This document shows, piece after piece, positions 10,615 to 20,655 of a DNA stretch of 64,000 nt. Source of the stretch: Leptospira sp. (GTDB lineage: Bacteria > Spirochaetota > Leptospiria > Leptospirales > Leptospiraceae); NCBI GenBank assembly GCA_034439575.1, contig JAWXAQ010000008.1:192001-256000 (forward strand), in the 5' to 3' direction. Position 1 is the stretch's first letter, and every line of letters starts with the position of its first letter. The notes beneath the pieces were generated by a model. It was not told where the DNA came from. It was given only the letters and a program-made list of their open reading frames with translations, and made no database searches. Both the position numbers and the translations under genes were made by a program.

Positions 10615-10754
10615 ATCTACGTTAACTTAATTCGAGAATTCTTTATCATTTTAAAAATCTATCCATAAACCCATAAGAAAACTTATGCCATCAATACTAA
10701 ATAAATTAATTATGTTTCCATAGATGCTTTAATTATATTAAAAACTAACATAGT

Positions 10755-11711
10755 TTATTTGATTTCGATTCCTATATTTCCTTTTTTATGACCAGTATCT
10801 GCATACCTATGAGCCTCTACCATGTTATCCAATGGATAAACTTTATCTATAACTGGCTTGAAACTTCCATCCGTTAAAAGTTTGGTTAAAGATTTTAATA
10901 ATTCGATTGATTCAGAGGATAAACCAAATTTCATTTTATATTTACTGAATATAGATTTCCAAAACGCCCATAAAAATTGATAGAAATTAGCATCACATAA
11001 AATAAGAGTTCCCCCTATTTTTAAAGATTTTAGTAAACTTGGAAGATTTGATTTTCCAACGACTTCAAAAATAATATCATATTTTTTTAATTCTAATTTA
11101 TATCCTGGTTCATCGTAACCTAAGACTTCATCAGCACCGAGAGATTTGAGTAAATTTTTATTTGACTGGCTAGAAACTGCAGTTATGTGGAGATTCATTT
11201 TTTTTGCCAATTGCACAGCCGCTGTTCCAACTGATCCAGAGGCCCCATAGATTAAAATTTTTTCTTGGGGTTTGACATTTGATACATTCAGAAAGTGTAA
11301 AGCAGTTAGTCCTCCAAAGGGAACACAGGCCGCTTGTAAATCTGTGATACCATCAGGTATAAAATCAAGTGAAGACTCTTCCGAAAGGCATTTGTATTCC
11401 GCATATGTGCCAAAATTCATACCAGTCATCCCATAAATTCGATCACCTACCTTAAATTTGGTGATATTTTTTCCAATTTCAACAACTTCGCCGGCTAAAG
11501 CGATACCTATTACTGGATTCCTTGGTTTAGATAGACCTAAGAATAATCTCACTAATTGTGGGTCTGGTCTTCTGATTCTACATTCTCCTGAATTAACAGA
11601 AGTAGCTTTAATACGTATGAGAATTTCATTTGGTTTCGGCTTAGGTGTAGGAATATCTCCAATTTGAAACATTTCCGGTGGGCCATAATTTGTAAGAAGG
11701 GCTGCTTTCAT
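10755..11711 (-). CDS. NAD(P)-dependent alcohol dehydrogenase / quinone reductase (zinc-independent MDR)
   Basis: MKAA...YGPPE start, IYGASGSVGTAAVQLAK, GHKKGN. Confidence 0.9.
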   Translation of the reverse strand: MKAALLTNYGPPEMFQIGDIPTPKPKPNEILIRIKATSVNSGECRIRRPDPQLVRLFLGLSKPRNPVIGIALAGEVVEIGKNITKFKVGDRIYGMTGMNFGTYAEYKCLSEESSLDFIPDGITDLQAACVPFGGLTALHFLNVSNVKPQEKILIYGASGSVGTAAVQLAKKMNLHITAVSSQSNKNLLKSLGADEVLGYDEPGYKLELKKYDIIFEVVGKSNLPSLLKSLKIGGTLILCDANFYQFLWAFWKSIFSKYKMKFGLSSESIELLKSLTKLLTDGSFKPVIDKVYPLDNMVEAHRYADTGHKKGNIGIEIK

Positions 11712-11738
11712 ATTTTACTCGACTTTTTTCATTAAAAA

Positions 11739-11753
11739 ACTTACACTGTAAGT
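11739..11753. promoter_or_regulatory. Palindromic TetR operator
   Basis: Perfect inverted repeat ACTTACA-C-TGTAAGT between divergent MDR and TetR genes. Confidence 0.75.
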
Positions 11754-11796
11754 GAGTCTATCAAAATATTCATTTCAGAAAAATAATTTTTACACC

Positions 11797-12465
11797 ATGC
11801 CTACTTTAAAAAAATCAAAACGTGGAACTTTAACAAAAATAAGGATCATACATGCAGCAATTGAATTAGCAGATGAAAATGGTATAGAAAATCTTTCTAT
11901 GCGAAATCTAGCCCAAATACTGGGAGTTGAGGCAATGTCTTTGTATAATCACATAACAAATAAAGATGATTTACTTTCTGAAATGGTAGACACATTGATT
12001 TCAAAAATTAATTCACCTTTGATTAATAAAGATTGGAGAAGAGAAATGATAAATAGAGCAAAATCAATGAGAAAACAATTGTTAATTCATCCTTGGCTTA
12101 CTCAACTTATTATCTCGAGGCCAAATGTGGGACCGGAAATGTTATCATTTTTTAATGCTACGCTAGGCTGTTTGGTGAAAGCAGGATTTTCCTTAGAAAG
12201 GGCTGATCATGCTGTAAATGTGATGGATAGTCATATTTATGGTTACACATCGCAAGAGTTAAATTTTCCATTTAAACCGAAAGAATATCCAATCATGGCT
12301 AGAAAATTTTTGCCTATGTTGTCTAAGGAAAAATATCCTTATATGTATGATTTGACGATGTTAGTCATTGAAAAGAAGTATAGTGGACTACATTCATTTG
12401 ATTTTGGGATGGAGTTATTGCTTGATGGCTTGGAGAAAGAATTAGAAATTTATTTGCAATCATAA
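11797..12465 (+). CDS. TetR family regulator with TetR_C domain
   Basis: LSMRNLAQILGVEAMSLYNHITNK HTH; FDFGMELLLDGL; ATG at 11797 preferred over GTG at 11752, which overlaps the operator. Confidence 0.92.
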   Translation: MPTLKKSKRGTLTKIRIIHAAIELADENGIENLSMRNLAQILGVEAMSLYNHITNKDDLLSEMVDTLISKINSPLINKDWRREMINRAKSMRKQLLIHPWLTQLIISRPNVGPEMLSFFNATLGCLVKAGFSLERADHAVNVMDSHIYGYTSQELNFPFKPKEYPIMARKFLPMLSKEKYPYMYDLTMLVIEKKYSGLHSFDFGMELLLDGLEKELEIYLQS

Positions 12466-13775
12466 CTTTGATCAGTAATAGTAAATTCAAAATAAAACCT
12501 AACATTATACCCATCCGTGCCGTCTGGATAGATAGGTATACTTACTTTTTTGGGACATCCTGTTTCGATAGCTTGCTCTGCGATTTTAGAAGCTTGAAAC
12601 CAATTTTCTTTTCCATAAGCGGGGATCAGAAAGCGATATCGATTTAAAAACATAGTTAGGATAAAGAAAATAATAAAAAAATATGTTTTCCATGATTCTT
12701 TAACAATTTGCGATATTGTTAAGCTTAAAAATAATATCCCCCATGGCGCTAGAATAAAGCCATATCGTAACTTCCAAACTATATTTAAATTTAAGAATGT
12801 AGTAAATGAATATGGACGAACTATAAAAGTTAATAATGGAATAAAACAAATCATCAAGATTAAAAGAAATAAAATTACTGAGGAAATGTTTTTTTTACAG
12901 ATTCGGTAAAAATATAAACCACATAACAATAAAGAGATACCAATACCACCATAATAATATATATGCCAATGTTCGCGGTATAGTTTAAGAAGGTATTTAT
13001 CTCCTACTAAGGGTTGCCATATCAATGAATTTTGTACAACATAATGCCAACCAACTAACAAATCTTTGATAGATAAACTTGGGCCTGATGGAAGTTTATC
13101 TTTTTGAAGAATATTTAGTATCACAGAAAATAAAATAGCGATAAAAAGTAAAAGAGTCCTTTTCGAAACTTGGCTTTCGAATTTATAAAAATAAACTAAT
13201 TGAATGAATAAAACGGGAAGTAGAATTACCGGCTCCCCTGTACTAAAAATTGCTAAGAGTATGAAAAAACATTCATACAGGCTGAGATTGGTCTTGTTAT
13301 TTTTTAATACGAGTAAGGATAAGTATAAAAAAAGAATCCAATGCAGATTGGCTAAATTTCCAAGAACTTCATGTAGGCCTGGAACAAAACAGAAAGTTAA
13401 ACAGAGAATAAAACGATGTATTTTATTTTTTAATAGGGAAGAAAAATCTTCAGTTACAAAAACTGAAATTATAATAGCATAGATAAGCAAACAAATGCTA
13501 AATATTATTTGAGGAAATAAGAATACAGGAAAAAAATGTATTAAATAGGAAATTACTCTAGGAAGAGTATGGTAATAGCCTGCATAAGGTAAAAATAAAC
13601 TTTTCCAACCGTATTGGATCGCTTCACTTAAAAAAAGTGAGCCATCTTCTGCCCATAGATGAGGAAATATAAACCTTTCATGGGATCGTAGAATAAGTAA
13701 TAATAGACAAATAGCTAGTGTTATGCGGAAAGTATATTTTTCAAAAAATCCTGAAATTTGTTTCAAATAACTCAC
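12450..13775 (-). CDS. Polytopic membrane protein, GT-C-like putative surface-glycan modification enzyme
   Basis: About 11 TM; first periplasmic loop LWAEDG...PYAGYYHTLPR; very AT-rich. Confidence 0.6.
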   Translation of the reverse strand: MSYLKQISGFFEKYTFRITLAICLLLLILRSHERFIFPHLWAEDGSLFLSEAIQYGWKSLFLPYAGYYHTLPRVISYLIHFFPVFLFPQIIFSICLLIYAIIISVFVTEDFSSLLKNKIHRFILCLTFCFVPGLHEVLGNLANLHWILFLYLSLLVLKNNKTNLSLYECFFILLAIFSTGEPVILLPVLFIQLVYFYKFESQVSKRTLLLFIAILFSVILNILQKDKLPSGPSLSIKDLLVGWHYVVQNSLIWQPLVGDKYLLKLYREHWHIYYYGGIGISLLLCGLYFYRICKKNISSVILFLLILMICFIPLLTFIVRPYSFTTFLNLNIVWKLRYGFILAPWGILFLSLTISQIVKESWKTYFFIIFFILTMFLNRYRFLIPAYGKENWFQASKIAEQAIETGCPKKVSIPIYPDGTDGYNVRFYFEFTITDQSYDCK

Positions 13776-13877
13776 AGAAGTATCAGAAAACTGACGATCA
13801 AAAGGTCAAGTTTTTTAGTTCATATGCTATAAATCCTTATTGCCTTACGATAATATTATTTTAATGATCATATTTGT

Positions 13878-14984
13878 ATGACCGCCCTTAAGGATATTTA
13901 TTCTCCAAAATTTATTGGGGATCTTGCAAATTCGTTAAAAAAAGTTTATCCATCTCTGGATCGCGATATTTTTGTTAAAGATATTTTCAAAAAATCATGG
14001 ATACAATTTGAATTGAAAGAGCGTATGAGTCACATCTCAGATGTAATGATCGTACATACTCCGATTTCTTTTTCTAAAAGAGTGATAGTTCTTAAAAAAT
14101 TAATTAACAACTTACGCGGAATTGGTGAAGAAAATTTTAATTTTCCTTATATGTTTTTACCAGAAATCATACAGAAAACAGGAAATGATAACTTTGAAGA
14201 GAGTATGAATGCTATAGAATTTATCACTGTTTTTACGAGTGCTGAATTTGTGATTCGTCATTTTTATCTTTCTGATTTTACAAATACTTTGAATCAAATG
14301 AAAGTTTGGTCAAAACACAAAGATCCGATGGTAAGAAGGCTCGCCAGTGAAGGGAGCCGACCTTTGTTACCTTGGGGAATTGGGGTACCCAAAATAAAAA
14401 GTAATCCAGAATATCATTTACCAATATTGGAAAATTTATGGAATGATCGCAATGAAACGGTTAGACGAAGTGTTGCCAATCACTTAAATGATATTTCTAA
14501 AATAAATCCAGAATTGAGTTGGAATTTCGCAAAGGACAAATTTGGCCATTCAAATGAGACGGATAAATCTCTAAGACATTCATTAAGAACGCTTTTAAAA
14601 CGTGGTCATACGGAAATATTAAATTCCTTTGATTATGATACAAAATGGAAACCAAAAATATTTCACTTAAAATTAGAAAAAGATAAAATCAAAATGGGAG
14701 ATAAAATCAAATTTTCCATCAGAATCGTAAACCAAAGTAACAAACCAGTTAAGTTAAGATTGGAATATATCATATCATTTTATCTTGCAAATAAAAAATA
14801 TGGAAAGAAAGTATTTCAGTTAGGTGAAAAGCTTTTGAATCCAAAAGAAGATTTTATAAAGCTAAAATCACATTCCTTCGCACCAATTACCACTCGAACT
14901 TATTATCCTGGGATTCATCATATAGCGCTTGTTATTAATGGAAATGAAATAGTGATCCAGAGTTTCGAATTAAAAGAAAAATAA
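13878..14984 (+). CDS. DNA alkylation repair protein (AlkC-like HEAT-repeat glycosylase)
   Basis: VRRLASEGSRPLLPW, VRRSVANHLNDISK, PITTRTYYPG. Confidence 0.88.
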   Translation: MTALKDIYSPKFIGDLANSLKKVYPSLDRDIFVKDIFKKSWIQFELKERMSHISDVMIVHTPISFSKRVIVLKKLINNLRGIGEENFNFPYMFLPEIIQKTGNDNFEESMNAIEFITVFTSAEFVIRHFYLSDFTNTLNQMKVWSKHKDPMVRRLASEGSRPLLPWGIGVPKIKSNPEYHLPILENLWNDRNETVRRSVANHLNDISKINPELSWNFAKDKFGHSNETDKSLRHSLRTLLKRGHTEILNSFDYDTKWKPKIFHLKLEKDKIKMGDKIKFSIRIVNQSNKPVKLRLEYIISFYLANKKYGKKVFQLGEKLLNPKEDFIKLKSHSFAPITTRTYYPGIHHIALVINGNEIVIQSFELKEK

Positions 14985-14988
14985 ATTT

Positions 14989-15588
14989 ATGCGAATTATA
15001 TTGATTTTCATTTTGTTCTTTAATTCTTGTTCCAGATACTATTTGGGAGAAAATTACAATTTTCATAACATAGAAATAGAAAAAAAAATAGATCTCTCAT
15101 ATGAACTGATCGGTTGGGATCTAAACGATTATAGGGAAGATAGTTCCGAAATTCTAAAAACTTTACATTTATCAAATAAATTTACAGGCCTTACTTCTCA
15201 TATCAAATCAAATAAAAAGTATCGTTTACAAATTATACATACCTCTCTCCCTAAAATTCTTCCTTTGATGGGAGAACATACCCAACCTGTTTCTTGGATG
15301 CCAGAAAAAAAACCAATACTGCTTATTATAACGCTCATTAATAGGATGTTGTCCTTTAGAACCCTATTTTTAATTCCTCTTGTCCAACAAAACGAAGAAA
15401 ATATTTGTTTTCGTTTGTGGTATGAAAATAATTTGGAAAGTGAATATAATTATCCGATAAAGACCATTTCAGTTTTTGGTTGGGTTGCATTGGGATTGCG
15501 GTCTTTTGACGATCATTTTTTGATTAAAGAAATATATCGAACTATAACCAAACAATGGATATATGATATGGGATTACTTAAAAAATGA
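14989..15588 (+). CDS. Putative lipoprotein
   Basis: Spirochaetal lipobox FFNSC. Confidence 0.7.
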   Translation: MRIILIFILFFNSCSRYYLGENYNFHNIEIEKKIDLSYELIGWDLNDYREDSSEILKTLHLSNKFTGLTSHIKSNKKYRLQIIHTSLPKILPLMGEHTQPVSWMPEKKPILLIITLINRMLSFRTLFLIPLVQQNEENICFRLWYENNLESEYNYPIKTISVFGWVALGLRSFDDHFLIKEIYRTITKQWIYDMGLLKK

Positions 15589-16103
15589 AAATTTGTATTT
15601 TATTGATAAGTATATTGAGTTTCCATTGTATCGCATTTAAAGGAAATACCAAAGAAGATATAGAAATAAAAAAACTAAATTTAAAAAAAATAAATTTAGT
15701 TTTTACTGGTTTTCATTATTATCTCGAACAACAAACACTTATAGAATCTAAATTATTGTCAAATGGATATGTTTTGGATAAAGAAAGTAACTTGTTAATA
15801 GAAATTATTTTAGAAGATATATCGCCAATTTATAGTTATCCGAAATTACATTTTTTGAACTTAATTGGATCTATCTTAACTGCAACTATGTTACCTTATC
15901 ACAATATTTCTAATCATAAGTTAAAAGTGCGCATTAGGGACTTGGGTGAAATAGTATATGAAAATAATAGGATTATTTCATTACACCAATATAGAGGTAT
16001 TTTATTAATTCCATTGACTCCCTTTTATTGGCCGAGTTTCGTATTCAATGATTCACTTTTAATGGAGTTTGATAAACTGCTAAGGTCACTTAATGAAGTT
16101 TAA
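15585..16103 (+). CDS. Putative lipoprotein
   Basis: Lipobox LSFHC; TATMLPY resembles TLFLIPL of the upstream gene. Confidence 0.7.
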   Translation: MKICILLISILSFHCIAFKGNTKEDIEIKKLNLKKINLVFTGFHYYLEQQTLIESKLLSNGYVLDKESNLLIEIILEDISPIYSYPKLHFLNLIGSILTATMLPYHNISNHKLKVRIRDLGEIVYENNRIISLHQYRGILLIPLTPFYWPSFVFNDSLLMEFDKLLRSLNEV

Positions 16104-17022
16104 ATTATATATCTTTTTCCTGATAATTTCAATCGCAATTGGTACATGTAAGTCTCTTGGACTTAATAAAGCTATGATCCAAAAAGATGTTGCGAGCAGG
16201 GAAATAACAATTGGAGGAACCAAGAGATCGTATTTGCTCTACAATCCAAAAGCAAAAGGGGATTCCCCACAAAAAAAAGCACTACTCTTTCTGTTACATG
16301 GTCGTTTCGGTACGGGACAACAAATTATGGAACAATCAAATATGAATTCTATCGCTGATAGAGAGGGATTTGTAGTCGTATATCCAAATGGTTATGATAG
16401 AAGTTGGGCTGACGGAAGAGGGAAGACACCTGCCGATAAACAAGACATTGATGATGTATTGTTTATAAAGTCAATATTTGAAGACGTAACAAAAGATAGT
16501 TTGATTGATAAAAATAGAATTTTTGTGGCAGGTCATTCAAATGGTGGATTTATGACTCAGAAACTACTTTTATCTTTATCTACTATTTTTAAGGCTGGAG
16601 TAAGTATCGCCGCTCAATTGAGTGCGAATGTGGTAAAACAATATTCCTTTGCGAATCCGGTATCGGTGTCTTTTATTTCTGGAACAGATGACCCACTTGT
16701 GCCATATTACGGAGGCTATGTGAAAGATGGAGGTGAAATTTTAAGTGTCGAAGATTCTGTGGAGAGGTGGCGAATTTGGAATCAATGTTCAAATTTTTAT
16801 ACACGAGAATCACAAGATAACAAGCCGGATAAAACTTCAATAGAGCGTATCACATATTTAGATTGCAAACAACAGACAAAAGTTATGTTGGTTAATGTTA
16901 TCGGCGGTGGTCATTCATACCCTGGCAAAGATCAAAAAATCCCTCTTGTAAAAATGGGAAATCCAACGGAAGAAATAGATGCATCAGAAGAAATTTGGAA
17001 TTTTTTTAAAGATATTAAATAA
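16093..17022 (+). CDS. PHB depolymerase/LpqC-like esterase lipoprotein
   Basis: LLHG, VVVYPNG, DIDDV, GHSNGG nucleophile, GTDDPLVP, GGGH. Confidence 0.88.
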   Translation: MKFKLYIFFLIISIAIGTCKSLGLNKAMIQKDVASREITIGGTKRSYLLYNPKAKGDSPQKKALLFLLHGRFGTGQQIMEQSNMNSIADREGFVVVYPNGYDRSWADGRGKTPADKQDIDDVLFIKSIFEDVTKDSLIDKNRIFVAGHSNGGFMTQKLLLSLSTIFKAGVSIAAQLSANVVKQYSFANPVSVSFISGTDDPLVPYYGGYVKDGGEILSVEDSVERWRIWNQCSNFYTRESQDNKPDKTSIERITYLDCKQQTKVMLVNVIGGGHSYPGKDQKIPLVKMGNPTEEIDASEEIWNFFKDIK

Positions 17023-17765
17023 TGGAATTGGGAATGGATAAAAATGCCAAAATAGCAATTGTGACAGGTGCTTCTAGAGGTATCGGCTTAGCTATTTCTA
17101 AAATACTAATACAGCATCATTATATAGTTTATGGTTGTTCTAAGAATCCAGAGAATTGTAATTTTACTCATGCAAATTTTAAATTAGACAAGGTCGATCT
17201 ATGCAATCCTGTTCAAATTCAAAATTGGATTGCCGATTTAAAAAAATTAGATCAAATTCATATATTAATTCATAATGCAGGAATAGGTTTTTTTAAACCT
17301 ATGGAGGAACTGTTTCCATCAGAAATTATTTCTATGGTTAACCTTCATTTAACGGCTCCGATGTTACTCGTGAATTCTCTTTTAAGAAATTTAAAACAAC
17401 AAGAAGGACGAATTATATTTATAGGATCCATTGCTGGGACAAAAGTTTCGCCATGGGGTTCAGTTTATGGAGCGACGAAAGCAGGCCTCATCCATTTTGG
17501 GAGAGAGTTATTTGGAGAGCTTCGCAAATCGGGTGTTAAGGTGACGAATATCATACCTGATTTAACAAATACAGATTTTTATAAAGATCTTAATTTCAGA
17601 ACGGATGATGACCCGAGAAGTTTTATTTTAGCTGAATGCATTGCAAATTCTGTAATCAATGTTATAAATCAACGGGAAGGTACTGTAATTTCTGAAGTTA
17701 TTATTCAACCTGAACGATTCAAAATCAAAAAGAAAAATAATAATTTGAATCAGAAATTGGAATGA
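17022..17765 (+). CDS. Short-chain dehydrogenase/reductase
   Basis: TGASRGIG, NAG, YGATK. Confidence 0.93.
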   Translation: MELGMDKNAKIAIVTGASRGIGLAISKILIQHHYIVYGCSKNPENCNFTHANFKLDKVDLCNPVQIQNWIADLKKLDQIHILIHNAGIGFFKPMEELFPSEIISMVNLHLTAPMLLVNSLLRNLKQQEGRIIFIGSIAGTKVSPWGSVYGATKAGLIHFGRELFGELRKSGVKVTNIIPDLTNTDFYKDLNFRTDDDPRSFILAECIANSVINVINQREGTVISEVIIQPERFKIKKKNNNLNQKLE

Positions 17766-17781
17766 AAGATAGTCTGAAACG

Positions 17782-18282
17782 TCAAACGTCGGGTATTATA
17801 TCTCCAATAGGTATCATTGGGATAGAATCAGGATCGACAGCTGGTGTCTCTTTTTCTGGTTTTTCGGATTTTACTCCATTTGCTTCGTCGTCTAAAGATC
17901 GTTTGATGGAACGAATTTTTGAGTCTGTTTCATAAAGACGCTCAATCACTCGTTTTAATAGTAAAAATAAAAATTCAGGACTTTCTTGGCTCATCTTGAC
18001 AAATGAATTTCTATTAATAATCCCTAGTTTTGCTGTATCCGAAACGGTAACAATGGATGCTGCCCTTGGACTATTATTTATAATTGCCATTTCGCCAAAA
18101 AATTCGCCCGGTAAAATGCTTCTAAGTTTGGAATGTTTGCCTTCGATATGTTTATAAATATCCAATTGTCCTTCAAAAAGAAAAAACATCGCTCCATTTG
18201 ACGGAACCCCTTCTTTAAAAAGAACTTCCCCCCTTTTGAGAGTCACCATTGAAAGTTTTGATAATGATTCTTTAAGTCCCAT
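17782..18282 (-). CDS. Stand-alone cyclic nucleotide-binding protein
   Basis: PBC motif GEFFGEMAIINNSPRAAS; no HTH. Confidence 0.88.
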   Translation of the reverse strand: MGLKESLSKLSMVTLKRGEVLFKEGVPSNGAMFFLFEGQLDIYKHIEGKHSKLRSILPGEFFGEMAIINNSPRAASIVTVSDTAKLGIINRNSFVKMSQESPEFLFLLLKRVIERLYETDSKIRSIKRSLDDEANGVKSEKPEKETPAVDPDSIPMIPIGDIIPDV

Positions 18283-18694
18283 CTACTAATTCTTTTAATT
18301 TTTGTTCTGCTTCGAGTAATCTTTCAACATAAGTTTGTAATAAAGCATAAACAAACATTGGATTGGTGGTGGCTATTTTGATTAAATTTTGTTTGTCTAA
18401 TATTCCGAGCTGAGCTCTATCAGATTCTATATAAACAGTCATTGATCTGGGATGTGCAGAAATAAGTGCAATTTCTCCAAAAAATTCGCCCGTTGTGAGT
18501 TTGCGGACTTCATGAAAATTGTTTTGATCAGGTGATCCCATTCCTACAGACAAGGTGCCATTTAAAATGAAATACATCTTTTCATTTGATGCCTCTCCCT
18601 CGCGCACTATGACTTCACCACGTTTATAAAGTTTTGTCGGTACAGTATTAACAAAATCGAATATATTGATCGTATTTTCTTTTTTTATCGACAT
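18272..18694 (-). CDS. Stand-alone cyclic nucleotide-binding protein
   Basis: GEFFGEIALISAHPRSMT; paralog of the neighbouring gene. Confidence 0.88.
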   Translation of the reverse strand: MSIKKENTINIFDFVNTVPTKLYKRGEVIVREGEASNEKMYFILNGTLSVGMGSPDQNNFHEVRKLTTGEFFGEIALISAHPRSMTVYIESDRAQLGILDKQNLIKIATTNPMFVYALLQTYVERLLEAEQKLKELVDGT

Positions 18695-20646
18695 TAGTTT
18701 CCGCGATATATATCAGATAGTTCGTTTATGTTTTTATCTTCTGCATATTTCAATGGTGACTTTCCATTGTTATCTTCTAACTTTGGATCTCCACCATTCA
18801 ACACAAAGATTCTTGCCACTTCTAACACCAAATCTTTTTTACCAGGATCAAATTGAATTGCTAGTTCGGAAAGAATAGTTTTACCAGATTTATCTTTGAG
18901 ATTCAGATTGGCTCTACGTTCCATTAGGAATAGTACTAGTTTCTTATATTGTTCAGCGATTGCAATTTCCTTTGATTGTAAAAATTTAATAACTGCCTTT
19001 CGCAGAACAGTCATTCCATTGTTATCAATCGAATCGACCTCTGCTCCTAAGTTTACAAGCACTTGAATCAGTTCATTATTGTTTCTATTGAAGGCTAAAT
19101 GAAGGGCAGATAATCCTCGTTTGTTTTTTGTATTTAGATTTAATCCTTTTGATAACAAAAGTTTGATGATTTCTTGAGTGAATTTTTGGTCTTTTTTGTC
19201 CAATTCTTGTTTGCAGACTATCATCACGAGAGTTTCATCTTCCGAATTTTTTTCATTGGCATCGGCACCAAATGACAATAAAAGTTTAACTGATTCTAAG
19301 TCTTTTCTTTCGATTGATTCTGCTAATAAAGATTTACCATTTTTTGAAATATGATTTGGGTTGGCTTTTCTGCTTAACAGATGTTTGGCGGCCAAAATTT
19401 GTTTTGATTCCAGAGCGAGAGCCAATGGAGTTTCAGAATTTTGAATCGTCAGTGTATCAATAGGAACATTTTTTTTAAGTAATTCTTCGATCGTTTGAGC
19501 ACTTCCCTTTTTCGCAGCCAAATGGATCATTTGATATCCACCTTCGGTGAGAATTTGAAGGGAAGCATCATTTTGAATCAGCACATTGGCAATAGCAAAT
19601 TTGTTTTTATCGATTGATTCTTCGAGAGGATACTTTTTTGTCGTTAAACGGTTGTTTAGATTTGATTTAAATTCTATAAGTAATTTGGTAAGTGCTATAT
19701 CATTCTTTTCGATAGCTATTTCCAATAAAGTTTTGTTTTGTTTGCCAACTAAATCTGGGCTTAATCCTTTTTGAAATAGAAGTTTTAGAATAGCTAAATT
19801 TTTCTTATTATAAGCAGAAAAACTCAAAGGCAAGTCATCCCCATCCAGAATATCCCATTTGGCTCCCCTGTTTAACAGAAGTTCGGTTCCGGCTTGAAAT
19901 GATTTATCAATAGTTAGTAATAGAGGAGAGACTGCTTTCGCATCTTTGGCATTTGGGTCCGCTCCTGCATCTAAAAGTGTCGTCATTAACTTTAAATTCT
20001 TAGTATCTATGCATACAAATAAGGGTGTACGTCCAGTTAATTCAGGAAGGTTGGGATTGGCACCGTTTTGCAATAGATAGGTGATTGAGTCCGTTTTTCC
20101 TTTTTCTACAGCAAGAAATAAAGGTGATTTTCTTGGATTATTTCGTAAATTTACATCTACTTTACTTTCTACAATAAGTTTTTGGACGCTTAAACTTGAT
20201 TTAAGTATCGCTAGGTGAAGAGGGGTATTTCCTTCTGCATCATAGGCATTTGGGTCCGCTCCTTTTTCTACAAGAACCTTAAATTGATTTGTTAGTTTAG
20301 ATGTTACTACATAATGTAATAACGTTTTTCCTTTTAAGTCACGTCGATTTAAATCGATACCAGCACTCAGCAGACTTTCAAATTGTTTTGTTTTGTTTTT
20401 TTCTGTTGCGATCATGATGAGTGATTTACCGTCAGCGTCAGTAACGGAAATATCACCACCGTCTTTAATCCCTTTGTCAAAATCCTTAGGTGAACCTTTC
20501 AAGAGAAGTTGCAACAAATCAGGAACCACTACTTCTGGTGTAACAGGAGTTTCAGTGATTGGTTGTTCGTTTTCTTGCGAGTAACTGTTGTTTGATAAGA
20601 ACAGCAAAGAAATTAAAAGTATTTGTATTAGAATTTGTTTTTTCAT
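18694..20646 (-). CDS. Large secreted ankyrin-repeat protein
   Basis: Signal peptide followed by many GxTPLH-type repeats. Confidence 0.92.
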   Translation of the reverse strand: MKKQILIQILLISLLFLSNNSYSQENEQPITETPVTPEVVVPDLLQLLLKGSPKDFDKGIKDGGDISVTDADGKSLIMIATEKNKTKQFESLLSAGIDLNRRDLKGKTLLHYVVTSKLTNQFKVLVEKGADPNAYDAEGNTPLHLAILKSSLSVQKLIVESKVDVNLRNNPRKSPLFLAVEKGKTDSITYLLQNGANPNLPELTGRTPLFVCIDTKNLKLMTTLLDAGADPNAKDAKAVSPLLLTIDKSFQAGTELLLNRGAKWDILDGDDLPLSFSAYNKKNLAILKLLFQKGLSPDLVGKQNKTLLEIAIEKNDIALTKLLIEFKSNLNNRLTTKKYPLEESIDKNKFAIANVLIQNDASLQILTEGGYQMIHLAAKKGSAQTIEELLKKNVPIDTLTIQNSETPLALALESKQILAAKHLLSRKANPNHISKNGKSLLAESIERKDLESVKLLLSFGADANEKNSEDETLVMIVCKQELDKKDQKFTQEIIKLLLSKGLNLNTKNKRGLSALHLAFNRNNNELIQVLVNLGAEVDSIDNNGMTVLRKAVIKFLQSKEIAIAEQYKKLVLFLMERRANLNLKDKSGKTILSELAIQFDPGKKDLVLEVARIFVLNGGDPKLEDNNGKSPLKYAEDKNINELSDIYRGN

Positions 20647-20655
20647 ATAATTATT

